64,000 nt of DNA from Octopus vulgaris. Lineage: Eukaryota. The notes under the pieces are model-generated. The model was not told the origin of the DNA and searched no databases. It saw only the letters and a program-made list of their open reading frames with translations. Shown one piece after another: positions 1 to 13,755 of this stretch. The stretch spans positions 1,302,001 to 1,366,000 of the forward strand of contig OX597841.1 of NCBI GenBank assembly GCA_951406725.2, given 5' to 3'. Numbering within the stretch: the stretch's first letter is position 1; every line of letters starts with the position of its first letter. Both the position numbers and the translations under genes were made by a program.

Positions 1-65
1 TGGCAACGGACACGAACAGATGGTGCTTTTTACGTGCCACTGGCACGAGGGCCAGGTGAGGGCTC

Positions 66-531
66 TTCCTCTAAAATTGACCGGGGGCTAAAATAACAAA
101 CAACTACAACAACAATAAAAATAATGACAGCAGTGTGTTGCATTATTCTAAAATGTAGAGCATGGACCAGGATGCTGCTAGAAATAGCAGCCAAATTCCC
201 TCAGATCACAAATTGGTGTTTTTAAAATATTTTTTTCATACAACTCGTAGCAGGCATAACACATGCGCTAGCAAAGGAGCCCGTGTGTTGTTAGAAACAG
301 CAGTCAAACTCCCTCAGATCGAGCACCTGTCTGGGAACCTGTTCCTCTAAAATTGACCGGGGGCTAAAATAACAAACAACTACAACAACAATAGAAACAA
401 TGACAGCAGTGTGTTGCATTATTCTTAAAATGTAGAGCATGGACCAGGATGCTGCTAGAAATAGCAGCCAAATTCCCTCAGATCACAAATTGGTGTTTTT
501 AAAATATTTTTTTCATACAACTCGTAGCAGG
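66..531 (+). repeat. Direct tandem duplication, period about 276 bp
   Basis: ttcctctaaaattgaccgggggctaaaataac..caactcgtagcagg starts at 66 and at 342. Confidence 0.9.
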
Positions 532-877
532 TATTGGTCAAGCCTGGAATAATTTTTGATCATGTGTTTGCTCACCGAAAAAATGACCCCCGGGGTTAAA
601 ATAATAACACCAACAACAGCAACAGAAACGGTACAATATGCTATACTTCATCAATCGTCAATCTCTCATCTCTGTCTGATCTGATCTTAATACATCCTTC
701 TCTCTGTCTCTCTCTCCTCACCCCCACCTCCCCCGCCTCTCTCACTCCATCTCTCTCCCTCTCTCCTTCTCTCCCTCTCTCTCTCTCTTTTCCTCGCTCC
801 CAACTCCAATGCCTTCCCAAACAGCATCACATCACCACTGAGAACCATCCACCATCCCCACCCATTCCTCCCTTCGT

Positions 878-922
<45 letters not shown>

Positions 923-989
923 TACCACCACCACCACCACCACTACTACCACCACCACTACTACCACCACTACCACCACCACTACTACC

Positions 990-1027
<38 letters not shown>

Positions 1028-1226
1028 CACTACTACTACTACTACGGCTGCTGCTGTTGCTACTGCTGCTGCTGCTACTGCTGCTGCTCATTCTGTGCAT
1101 CTTTTGTTTATTTATAGATCTTCTCATGGGCTGCTCTGAAACGCAAGCAAGTCTGTTGTCAGTGTGTGTGTGTGTGCATTATATGTTACTATCATTATTA
1201 TTATTATTAGGATTATTATTATTATT

Positions 1227-1261
<35 letters not shown>

Positions 1262-1557
1262 TATTATTATCATCATTGAGGTTGTGAGCTGGCAGAATTG
1301 TTAGCATGCCAGGCAAAATGCTCCACAAGCATATCGTCCGTCTTTACATTCTGAGTTCAAATTCCGCTGAGGTCGACTTTGCTTTTCATCCTTTTTAAAA
1401 TCAATAAATGAAGTACCAGTGAAATTCTGGCTGCTGATGTGATCAACTAGTCCCCTCATTCAAAATTCCAGGCCTTGTGCCTATAACAGAAAGGATTATT
1501 ATTATTATTATTCAGTAGTTTTATTTTTATAGCGTGCTTTCACTTCACTACCGAGCG

Positions 1558-1599
<42 letters not shown>

Positions 1600-1616
1600 T
1601 ACTATTATTATTATTA

Positions 1617-1648
<32 letters not shown>

Positions 1649-2285
1649 GAAGGCGGTGAGCTGGGAGAATTGTTAGCACACAGGGTGAAATGCTTAGCAA
1701 TTTTTCACCTGTCTTTACATTTTGTGTTCAAATTCTGTTGAGGTTGACTATGCTTTTTATCCTTTCGGGGTCAATAAACTAACGCATGCACTCACAGACA
1801 CATGCACACACACACACACACAAGCTCACACATACACAAACACAGACACACACACACACACACGCAGATATGCACAAACACACACATACACACACACACA
1901 GATGTATAAACAGACACAAGCACACATATGCACATACACAAACACACACACAAACATACACACACATACACATACATACACATACACATACACACACATA
2001 CACATACACACACACAAACACTCAACTCTGTGTCTGGTAACCATACTGACAAACTTGCAGGTCTTAGCGTAACAAGTAAGGTAAACCCCTAAAACCATGT
2101 TGATACGAAATAGGTAAGACTAAGGGGTACCCACAGAAATTTGGTGAGTACCCTGGGGATGTATATGTTTGGTGTATATGTGTGTGTGTGTATGCATGTA
2201 TAAATATCTATGTATATGTGTACACACACACACCTATACACATGCACACATGCACAATTTATGTGTGTGTGTGTGTGTATGTAAA

Positions 2286-2579
2286 GGCACATGGCCTAGT
2301 GCTCAGGGTGTTGCACTCATGATGGGTAGATCGTAGTTTCAATTCCCTGACTAAGCAGCACATTGGGTTCTTGAGCAAGACACTTCAGTTCATGCTGCTC
2401 TTCTCTACTCTGCTTCAAATAGGTAACCTTGTGAGAGAACAGCCTTCCAATGAGTGGGGAATGTTGGCCTGCTTGCCTATCCAGTGGGGTAGCATTGTTT
2501 GAAAGCGAAAATGATGCACAGCGCATTGTGACCAGTGATGTGTAATAACATCTGATAATCTGGTCGATCACATGATGAC

Positions 2580-2580
<1 letters not shown>
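2286..2580 (+). mobile_element. Older tRNA/CORE-like SINE; relatives at about 7960-8080, 11000-11260(-), 56590-56745(-), 57300-57540, 62805-63050
   Basis: tggcctagtg A box, cttgagcaagacactt segment, shared gcattgtgacca tail. Confidence 0.65.
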
Positions 2581-2644
<64 letters not shown>

Positions 2645-2647
2645 AAA

Positions 2648-2714
<67 letters not shown>

Positions 2715-3427
2715 TTTATAATTATATACATAATTATAATCAGGGGTCAGTTAAGATGCTGGTGTGTTTACGTCCCTGTAACTTAGCGGTTTGGCAAAAG
2801 AGACGGATAGAATAAGTACTAGGCTTACAAAGAATAAGTTCCAGGGTCAATTTCCTCGACTAAAGGCAGTGCTCCAGCATGGCCGCAGTCAAATGACTGA
2901 AACAAGTAAAGTTAAAAGAGTAATGAGAAAGTACATAAAAAAATCAAATTTTAAATCTAATTAGCGGTCTTTTCAATTATGAACTGCGTGGCCATGATCC
3001 ATTCATCACGGTTTCATTTATCACTGTGCTTTTTTTATTTATAACTGTTTCTTTTATCACTGTTTCATTGGGACCAACACACCATGATGAATGAGCATAG
3101 ATGCATTAAAGAGCATGGTTTAGTAGAAGAATACTCTCTGCTGCAGTAGAGTGAAGATACGGTGAGGTGTGCTGGGAGAAGGGTGAAGTTGGCGGAGGGG
3201 GGGGGGTAGGTGACGAAGATGGCGAGAGGGTTGTTCACCTTGAGATAAACTGAACAACCTGTATAGCTTGCTTGTCTACCTACCTGCCTTGAGTACACTT
3301 GTTTATGACACTTGTTGACTCCTCTGTGAGTTAATTGGGAAATCCACACCTGCCTTATCACACACAGATATATATATATATATATATATATAATACATAC
3401 ATACATACGTGTTTGTGTGCATATATA

Positions 3428-3480
<53 letters not shown>

Positions 3481-4180
3481 GTATATATATACGTATATGT
3501 ATATATATATATACATACATACATACATACATACATACGTGTTTGTGTGTATATATATGTGTATATAATTATATATATATATATGTGTATATATATATAT
3601 ATATATACATATGTATATATATATATACATATGTATATATATACGTATATGTATATATATATATATACACACACACCTACATACATACATATATATATAT
3701 ATATAAATGAATATATGCTCTCTCTTTTATTCCTTTACTTGTTTCAGTCATTTGACTGCAGCCATGCTGGAGAACAGCGTTTAGTTGAGCAAATCAACCT
3801 CAGGACTTATTCTTTGTTAGCCTAGTGCTTATTCTAGCAGTCTCTTTTGCCGAACCGCTAAGTTATGGGGATGTAAACACTCCACCGTCGGTTGTCAAGT
3901 GATGTTGGGGGACAAACACAGACACACAAACATACACACACACACACATATATATATATACATATATACGACGGGCTTTTTTCATTTTCCGTCTACCAAA
4001 TCCACTCACAATGCTTTGGTCGGCCCGAGGGCAATAGTAGAAGACACTTGCCCAAGGTGCCATGCAGTAGGAATGGTAAGCAAGATACTTACCACAGAGA
4101 CACTCCTACACCTATATATACATATGTATATACGCCTCTATATATATGTATGTATGTATGTATGTATATATAGATGTATG

Positions 4181-4245
<65 letters not shown>

Positions 4246-4274
4246 GTATATATATATATATGTATATATATGTG

Positions 4275-4316
<42 letters not shown>

Positions 4317-4467
4317 ACTGTGTGGTAAGTAGCTTGTTTAGCAACCACATGGTTCCGGGTTCAGTCCACTGCGTGGCACCTTGGGCAAGTGTCTTCTACT
4401 ATAGCCTCGGGCCGACCAGAGCCTTGTGAGTGGATTTGCAGACGGAAACTGAAAGAAGCCCGTCGTA

Positions 4468-4510
<43 letters not shown>

Positions 4511-4877
4511 ATATGTTTGTCCCCCTAGCATTGCTTGATAACCGATGCTGATGTGTTTATGTCCCCGTTACTTAGCGGTTCGGCAAAAGCGACTGATAGA
4601 ATAAGTACTGGGCTTACAAAAGAATAAGTCCCGGGGTCGAGTTGCTCGATTAAAGGCGGTGCTCCAGCATGGCCTCAGTCAAATGACTGAAACAAGTAAA
4701 AGAGTATATATATATATATTTAGATATAAATTAATGTTTGTTTTTATGGTCATTCATAATGAAGACAATTTTATGTCAATCTGATGGGTTACTAGATAGT
4801 GTTATGGAGTACAAATATATTATTCTTAAGCAAAATATTATTGATAGTTCCCTCGAAGTTTTGACCAGTTAAGCCAC

Positions 4878-4941
<64 letters not shown>

Positions 4942-5309
4942 ACATTTAAAGAGACAGACAGACAGATAGACAGAGAGACAGATAAATAGATAGATGGATC
5001 TACACATGTATATATAATGCATATATATGCCTATGCAAATACATGTATATATACACATATATATACTTTCTTTTATTCTTTTACCTGATTGTTTCAGTCA
5101 TTTGACCGCAGCCATACTGGAGCAAAATCCTTGAAGAGCTTTAGTCAAACAAATCGATCCCAAGAATTTCCCTTTTTTCCAAGCCTAGTACTTCTTCTGT
5201 CGGTCTCTTTTGCGGAACCACTATGTCATGAGGATGTATGCACACCAGCCATGCCTACCCCTATCCTATCAACACTACCATATATAAATATATATATAAG
5301 CCCGTCGTA

Positions 5310-5342
<33 letters not shown>

Positions 5343-5691
5343 GTTTGTATGTCTGTGTTTGTCCCCCCAACATCGCTTGACAACCGATGCTGGTGTGTTT
5401 ACGTCCTCGTAACTTAGCGGTTCAGCAAAAAAGCCCGATAGAATAAGTAATAAGTACTAGGCTTCCAAAGAATAAGTACTAGGGTTGATTTGCTCACTAA
5501 AGGTGGTGCTCCAGCATGGCCACAGTCAAGTGACTAACACAAGTAAAAGAGTAAAAGAGTATATACATACAGACACACACACACATAGGTATGTATATAT
5601 ATTGTATCAATATGAGTATACATATATATGTATATTGTGTACATATATATATATGTATATATATATATATTGTATATATAAATTGTATATA

Positions 5692-5735
<44 letters not shown>

Positions 5736-5783
5736 ATATATATAAATTGTATATATATATATATATATATTGTATATATATAA

Positions 5784-5814
<31 letters not shown>

Positions 5815-6704
5815 TGTATATATATATATTGTGTACATATATATTGTATGTGTGTATATATATATATATATATTGTATATAATGTATATAATATGAAATT
5901 ATGTAAACTAAACAAATGGTAAAATGGACAAAAATCTATAAATACAAAACAAATGCTATTAATTCTAAAGTAATCACAAAATATTTTTACTTTATAAGTT
6001 TTCTTTTTTTTATACTGTTGTTATTTGGTATTGGATTTCTTTGTTTTTTTTTTGTATTGTCTTTTGCTTCTGTTTATGTCAGTGCATTATGTGCATAGGA
6101 GAAGACAAGACAGATCTGCAGGGACAAACTACAAAAGGTCCTATTGTATCTATCTAGTTGTTAAAATGTCTGTGTGTCCATGTGTGCGTGTGTCTGTGTA
6201 TGTGTGTGTATACACAATTGAATAGAATACATACATACGCGATTATGAATATGCATATATATGTATGTAGACACACATATATAGGTGTAGGAGTGGCTGT
6301 GTGGTAAGTAGCTTGCTTACCAACCACATGGTTCCGGGTTCAGTCCCACTGCATGGCACCTTGGGCAAGTGTCTTCTACTATAGCCTCGGGCCGACCAAA
6401 GCCTTGTGAGTGGATTTGGTAGACAGAAACTGAAAGAAGCCTGTCGTATATATATGTGTGTGTGTGTATATGTTTGTGTTTGTCCCCCCAACATCGCTTG
6501 ACAACCGATGCTGGTGTGTTTACATCCTCGTAACTTAGCAGTTCGGCAAAAGAGCCGGTAGAATAAGTACTAGGCTTACAAAGAATAAGTCCTGGGGTTG
6601 ATTTGATCTACTAAAAAGGTGGTGCTGCAGCATGGCCACAGTCAAATGACTGAAACAAGTAAAAGTGTAAAGAGTACCTGTTACGTGAAATTTTTAAAAA
6701 TATA

Positions 6705-7391
6705 TATGAGACACAGGTGTGGCTGTGTGGTAAAAAAGCTTGCTTCTTAACCACATGGTTCCGGGCTCACTCCCACTGCATGGCACCTTGGACAATTGTC
6801 TTCTACTATATCCTTGGGCTGACCAAAGCCTTGTGAGTGGATTTGGTAGACGGAAACTGGGAGAATCCTCTCGAATATCTATACCTATATCTATATGTTT
6901 ATATGTGTGTGTGGGTGGGTGGGCGTGTGTGGGGGGCGTGAGGGCGTGTGTGTGTGCATGTGTGTACACAGTTGAATAGAAGACATACCTACACAATTAT
7001 GAATATGCATATATGTGTATATATACACACATATATATATATACATATATATGAGACACAGGTGTGGCTGTGTGGTAAAAAAGCTTGCTTCCCAACCACA
7101 TGGTTCCGGGTTCAGTCCCACTGCATGGCACCTTGGGCAAGTATCTTCTACTATATCCTCGGGCTGACCAAAGCCTTGTGAGTGGATTTGGTAGACGGAA
7201 ACTGGGAGAATCCTCTCGAATATCTATACCTATATCTATATGTTTATATGTGTGTGTGTGTGGGGGTGGGTGGGCGTGTGTGTGGGGGGCGTGAGGGCGT
7301 GTGTGTGTGGCAGGGTGTGTGTGCGTGTGTGTACACAGTTGAATAGAAGACATACCTACACAATTATGAATATGCATATATGTGTATATAT

Positions 7392-7451
<60 letters not shown>

Positions 7452-7728
7452 CACAGGTGTGGCTGTGTGGTAAAAAAGCTTGCTTCCCAACCACATGGTT
7501 CTGGGTTCAGTCCCACTGCATGGCACCTTGGGCAATTGTCTTCTACTATATCCTTGGGCTGACCAAAGCCTTGTCAGTGGATTTGGTAGACGGAAACTGG
7601 GAGAAGCCTCTCGAATATCTATACCTATATCTGTATGTTTATGTGTGTGTGTGGTGGGGTGGGGCCATTGTGTGTGTGTGTGTGTGTGCGTACACAATTG
7701 AATAGATACATACCTACACAATTATGCA
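6705..7728 (+). repeat. Tandem triplication of a ~345-395-bp unit (SINE A head plus flank)
   Basis: atgagacacaggtgtggctgtgtggtaaaaaagc at about 6706, 7051 and 7446. Confidence 0.9.
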
Positions 7729-8081
7729 TATGCAAGTCTGAGAATCTTTTATTCACTCCTGGAAGAATGCACCAATTATTTCAGCCTGGCTGTGTTTGTA
7801 GACAGTTGAAAAGAATACTTTACGCAAAAAACATAATTAAATGATAGCATTGTAGTTGAGGATGGCCCCTCTTGTAGTTGTGGGTGGCCCCTCTTGTGGT
7901 TGTGGGTGGGCCCCCATACTCTTCTGACAACCAATATTTTTAGACCCAGTTCGCCACTGTAGTTAGAGTAGTTAGAACATCAGGCTCACAATCATGAGGT
8001 TGTGAGTTCGAATCCCAGACCGGGCTGTGTGTTGTGTCCTTGAGCAAGACACTTTATTTCACGTTGCTCCAGTTCATTCAA

Positions 8082-8316
8082 GGCGGCGAGCTGGCAGAAA
8101 CGTTAGCACGCCGGGCGAAATGCTTAGCGGTATTTCATCTGCGTTACGTTGTGAGTTCAAATTCTGCCGAGGTTGACTTTACCTTTCATCCTTTCGGGGT
8201 CGATAAATTAAGTACCAGTTACACACTGGGGTCGATGTAATCGACTTAATACCTATGTCTGTCCTTGTTTGCCCCCTCTGTGTTTAGCCCCTTGTGGATA
8301 ATAAAGAAATAGGTAT
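8082..8316 (+). mobile_element. SINE family B (tRNA head plus central cctttcatcctttcggggtcgataaattaagtacc domain), nested in another SINE
   Basis: ggcggcgagctggcagaa head, gagttcaaattc B box. Other copies at about 1278-1495, 1651-1780, 9195-9398(-), 27080-27250(-), 33490-33815(-), 33833-34345 (split by an RTE tail), 39430-39570, 39992-40215. Confidence 0.88.
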
Positions 8317-8911
8317 GCATGGGTGACTACTGGTTTTCCATAAACAACCTTGCATGGATTTGTGCCCCACAGGGGAACCTTCTAGATGCAATCCCGTAGT
8401 CATTCATGACCGAAGGGTGGAGAGGGTACCCTTTATTTTTATACCTATCTACCTCTCTTTCTATCTATCTATCAACATCATACATTCTAGTGTTACGTGA
8501 GGAAAATTCCTTATATCAGAGAATGCCAGCATAGACAAGTGCTTGATCCAAAATGGAGCTACCATTCATTCCTCTGGTTCTCTGCATTTCTGAGAGTAGA
8601 AGGTGCCAAGAGACATTTTCTAAATGTTTGAGAAATATCATATTTTTGGTTAATATTTATATCTGTTGCTGATATGTATTAAAAAGGATAAGTAGATGTG
8701 TGTGTGTGTGTGTGTGTGTGTATTGCATATAATATATATACATAGCAATATATCTACACACTTCATTCATCTATGTATATATTTATGTGTATATATATAA
8801 ATATATGTATATATATATATGTGTGTGCGTATATGTGTTGCATATTATGTATGTGTATATATATATGTATATATTTATTGTATACATTATACAATATATA
8901 TAATGGAAAAC

Positions 8912-9015
8912 CTCTATAATTGGTTGATGAGTTCCCAGCATCTTAAATTTGTTGTAATGATTACAACATTTAATAAAATGATGTAGTACGAAACGATCGT
9001 ACCAAATTACCAGAG
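8912..9015 (+). ncRNA. Type I hammerhead-ribozyme-like motif (C3U variant, long stem II) in a Penelope-like fragment
   Basis: ctctataattgg-TTGATGA-long hairpin (ttgttgtaat/attacaaca)-GAAA-CGATCG-TA-ccaaattaccagag; stem III palindrome ACGATCGT. Confidence 0.6.
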
Positions 9016-9574
9016 TCATTCTTGTTGCTTATTTTGATTATAATCACCCCATGGATTTTTATGGATAACATCATTCAAAATTCTGGTGCATCTAAATTAA
9101 GTACCATATTCATTTGAATCTAAATTTTTGCTGAACTTATACAATATATATATATATATTTATATATACATACATGTATATATATCCTTTTTTACTTTAG
9201 GCACAAGGCCTGAAATTTTGGGGGAGGGGCGAGTCGATTAGGTTAACCCCAGTACACAACTGGCACTTAATTTATTGACCTGAAAGGATGAAAGGCAAAG
9301 TCCACCTTGGTAGAATTTGAACACAGGACATAAGACTGACGAAATAGCGCTAAGCATTTCACCCGGCGTGCTAACGTTTCTGCCAGCTTGCCACCTTATC
9401 CATATATACATATATACATATATATATATTATATATATTGTATATATTACATATATATATACATATATGTATTGTATATACATCATATATACATACATAC
9501 CATACATACATACATATATATATATATATCTACAGACACATCAGTGCATAAGTTTATGTGTGTGTATATGTATG

Positions 9575-9614
<40 letters not shown>

Positions 9615-9707
9615 ATCAGGCATTTATATATATATGGGCATATCTGTACAAACACATATAAGGATATGTATATATGTAACATATAACTAAATATATATAT
9701 ATATATA

Positions 9708-9767
<60 letters not shown>

Positions 9768-10569
9768 TGTGAGTGTAAGTCTTCAGTAGTCTAGATATTG
9801 AATAAACACAATGAACTGCCTTGCAGAAAATATGAGATAACTTATTTATGCCATTGTTCTATTCTTTTCTGGCAGCTATACAACTAGATATCACCTGTTG
9901 TGTGGTGATATCTTCAGTCTCTCTGCATGTGAATGTATGTATCTGTTATGTAGTTATTTGTGTAAGCAGAACGAAGTGTGTAACATATGTCAAAATATGT
10001 GCTTACTTTTATACATTTGGTTATATATGTATATATATATATATATATAGACACACATACATATATATAATACATATTATTGTAATCATCATAATCATCA
10101 TCGTCGTCGTCGTTGTTTATGGTTCATCATCATCATCATCATCATCGTCATCATTTAACGTCTGTTTTCCATTCTTGCATGGGTTGGACTGTTTGACTGA
10201 GGTCTGGAGAGCCAGTTGCTACACGAGGCTCCAATCTGATCAGGCAATGTTTCTACAGCTCAATGCCCTTCCTAATGCCAACCACTCCGAGTGTGTAGTC
10301 AGTGCTTTTTAGGTTCCACCAACACAGAAGCCAGTCAGGTGGGCCTGGCATCGATCCCATCTGGATAGTGCTTTTTATGTGCCATCGGCATGGGGGCCAG
10401 TCAGGCAGTACTGGTATTGGGCCAGTCTGAGGGTCCTGGCATCAGGGGCCACTCAGGGAGTATTTTTGTTTAAATATTTATTACTCATTTATATTATGCA
10501 AAGGTAAATTTCCTCATATGCAAATGTCTTAAAGCTTGTTTCTGTCTACATTTTATTATATTACCCTGA

Positions 10570-10930
10570 GATACTTACTTGTACTTGTGGCAACATTCAC
10601 CCTGGGCGGGTTGAGTCGGCTTCTTCTACCACCCTCGAGGCATCTCGAACCATGGCAGCCCACGCATGACGGTCCTGCGCCAGTTCACTGGAGATAGTGA
10701 GCCTGTCACGGTTCCATCAGCGCAGGCTGACCACCTGCGGACCCGTGAGCATGGAGAGGTCCTCCTTGATTGTCATAGCCCAGGTCTTCATCTGCCCGCC
10801 CGCGTGTTTCCACCAGTTGGGAAATGGGGTTGAGAGAAGGACATCACGGCTCAGTTCACCCACTGGACACCTACATGCATGGCCAAATCACTGCAAGTGC
10901 TGTTGCAGAAGGACAGATGGAAGGGGCCGT
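10570..10930 (-). mobile_element. Second RTE-type LINE 3' fragment
   Basis: Minus strand FGHACR..GGQMKTWAMTIKEDL..LAQDRHAWAAMVRD, ending caagtacaagtaagta. Confidence 0.7.
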
Positions 10931-11277
10931 AGAGATTCTATTACCCTTAGATGTAAAAATTAGGTAAAATTCTTCTAAATATTTGCTACATTTATTGGTT
11001 CCTGGTTTGTATGGTTACAATGATGAAGGTTCCAGCTGATTCAATAAAGAGGACAGCCCTCTCATGAAATTCATGTGCAAGTGGCTGAGCGCTCCACAGA
11101 CATGCAAGTCCTTGGTGTAATTCTCAGGGAGATTCAGCGAGACAAAGAATGTGAGAAAACTGGTCCTGTCAAATAGAGGGCCTGCTCATTTTTGCCAAGT
11201 GGGTGAAATGGAGCAAGGTGAAATGAAGTGTCTTGCCAGGAATTGAACTCAAGATTTTACAATCGTGACCTGAATAT

Positions 11278-11654
11278 CGGTGGCACGTAAAAAGTACCAT
11301 CTGATTGTGGCCGTTGCCAGCCTCCCCTGGCCTCCATGCCAATGGCACGTAAAAAGCACCATCCGATCGTGGCCGTTGCCAGACTCGCCTGGCCTCCGTG
11401 CCGGTGGCACATAAAAAGCGCCATCCGATCGTGACCGTTTGCCAGCCTCGTCTGGCACCTGTGCCGGTGGCATGTAAAAAGCACCCACTACACTCACGGA
11501 GTGGTTGGCGTTAGGAAGGGCATCCAGCCATAGAAACATTGCCAGATCAGACTGGGGCCTGGTGCAGCCTTCTGGCTTCCCAGACCCCAGTTGAACCATC
11601 CAACCCATGGCAGTATGGAAAACGGATGTTAAACAATGATGATGATGATGATGA

Positions 11655-11656
<2 letters not shown>
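11278..11656 (+). mobile_element. RTE 3' UTR fragment with internal ~57-60-bp repeats (representative copy)
   Basis: Repeated gtggcacgtaaaaagcacc units, ggcgttaggaagggcatccagc, (GAT)n tail. Other copies at about 1-65(-), 10150-10450(-), 16800-17228(+), 20920-21095(-), 33898-34200(-), 43320-43650(+), 47520-47810(+), 54535-54900(-), 56955-57300(-). Confidence 0.85.
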
Positions 11657-11692
<36 letters not shown>

Positions 11693-11695
<3 letters not shown>

Positions 11696-12228
11696 GGTGT
11701 CCCAAAAAAATGTATACACACCTTAAATAATTGTAAATTTGGGGTTTATTATAATTCGAATAATTTTCAACATGTAAAAGAATTTACAAATATCATTCTA
11801 TTGTCTTGTTATCGCATGTTCTCAAACTGATGTCCGTTCTGATCCAGACACTGCTGACAACGCAAAGCGATGGAATGGCACACATCATGGAACAATTCTC
11901 TTGGGATATTCGTACATTCATGTTCAATGGTTGCCCTCAATTGAACGACTGTTGCAGGTTTCTGTGCGTAGACTTTGTCCTTTAGGTATCCCCATGAAAA
12001 GAAGTCTAGTGGTGTGAGGTCTGGTGAACGTGGAGGGTATTCGACGAAACCTCTCCGTCCAATCCACCTGTTTGGCAAGATCCCATCAAGAAAGGATCTA
12101 ACATCGCGATGGTAGTGTGGAGGTGCTCCATCTTGCTGGAAATAAAACTCTTCCTGTTCAAAGTCCTCTCTAATGCTTGGCATGACAGACTGTTACAGCA
12201 AGTGTATACATTTTTTGGGGACACCCTG
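11693..12228 (-). mobile_element. Internally deleted Tc1/mariner element, DD41D (rosa-type) transposase relic
   Basis: TIRs cagggtgtcccaaaaaaatgtatacac / gtgtatacattttttggggacaccctg with TA on both sides. ORF 11809-12183 has FQQDGAPPH..WIGRRG..PPRSPDLTPLDF, 41 residues between the last two Asp. Confidence 0.92.
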
Positions 12229-12232
12229 TATA

Positions 12233-12743
12233 TCTATATATATAAAACTGTAGTTGTGTGAGTGTCTGTCCCCTTCGATTTAGATTCCTAACTACTCCCA
12301 CATTTTGCGGTGCAGTTTAACCAAATTCGGGTATCTTATAGTCGTGATTCATATCGAGCCCGTCTGAGTATTAGCGCGCGTCTACGATGAGTTTACGATT
12401 TTAAAAATAATTTAACATCATTTTTTATTCCATTTTAATGCATAATTTTTCGTGTGTCGATGGCGGCGGAGTTGGCGTCCATGGTCACACCTGCACCTGT
12501 TTGCTTCTCCCCTTCTTCCCTCCCTCGTGAAGCTGTGGGGAAGGGAGTGTAAGGAAATCAACGTCGTAAAGCGTTGTCAAGGAGACCAGCGTTCTTTTAG
12601 AACAACGACTTCATGGCTTGAAGACACCAAAACAGAAATGGCTAAGAAAGCCCGAATTGGCATCTATAAGGGAAGTAACTCTCTAAAAATGCTTATATAG
12701 TTATTTCCCTTACAAACCCGAGCAACGCCGGGCGATACTGCTA

Positions 12744-12744
<1 letters not shown>
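12233..12744 (+). mobile_element. Non-autonomous Helitron
   Basis: A|TCtatatatataaaac 5' end, subterminal hairpin cccgagcaacgccggg, CTAG|T 3' end; paralogue at 22016-22411. Confidence 0.85.
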
Positions 12745-12803
<59 letters not shown>

Positions 12804-13265
12804 ATATATATATATATGTATGTATGTATATATGTATATGTATATATGTATATATATATATGTATGTATGTATATATGTATATGTATATATGTATATATA
12901 TATATGTATATATGTATATATATATATATATGTATGTATGTATATATGTATATATGTATATATATATATGTATATATGTATATATATATATATATGTATG
13001 TATGTATATATATATATGTATGTATGTATATATATATATATATATAGTGATTGGCAGTAAACACTGTGATCATCATCATCATCATCACCATCATGTTGTG
13101 AAAAGAGCTGCACTTAGTGTTGCAGCGAAAGCTAGCAACAAATCTAGGACAGCTGAAATTATAATCCTCTCCAAATGGAACTTGAATAGCGAAGATAGAC
13201 GCAGATGTGCATCCCATCAATCATAACACTGCTGCCACTACTGCAGCAGCACCACTGCAACTACT

Positions 13266-13319
<54 letters not shown>

Positions 13320-13713
13320 GCTACTACTACTACTCTTTACTCTTTTACCTGTTTCAGTCATTTGGCTGTGGCCATGCTGCAGCACCGCCTTTAGTCGAGC
13401 ACATCGACCCCCCCCCCCGGACTTATTCTTTGTATGCCTACTACTTATTCTATCAGTCTCTTTTTGCCGAACCGCTAAGTTACAGGGACGTAAACACACC
13501 AGCATTGGTTGTCAAGCGATGATACGGGGACAAACACAAACACACACACACACATACGACGGGCTTCTTTCAGTTTCCATCTACCAAATCCACTCACAAG
13601 GCTTTGGTCAGCCCGAGGCTATAGTAAAAGGCACTGGCCCAAGTACAATGACAATGATGATAATGATAATGATGATGATATTATATTATATCATATTATA
13701 TTATATTATATTA

Positions 13714-13755
<42 letters not shown>

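Noticed and set aside
6705-7728. Regularly spaced repeats here, at 22637-23217 and in the RTE UTR, superficially CRISPR-like
   Set aside because: Spacers are not unique, units derive from SINE/LINE sequence, the context is eukaryotic and there are no cas genes.
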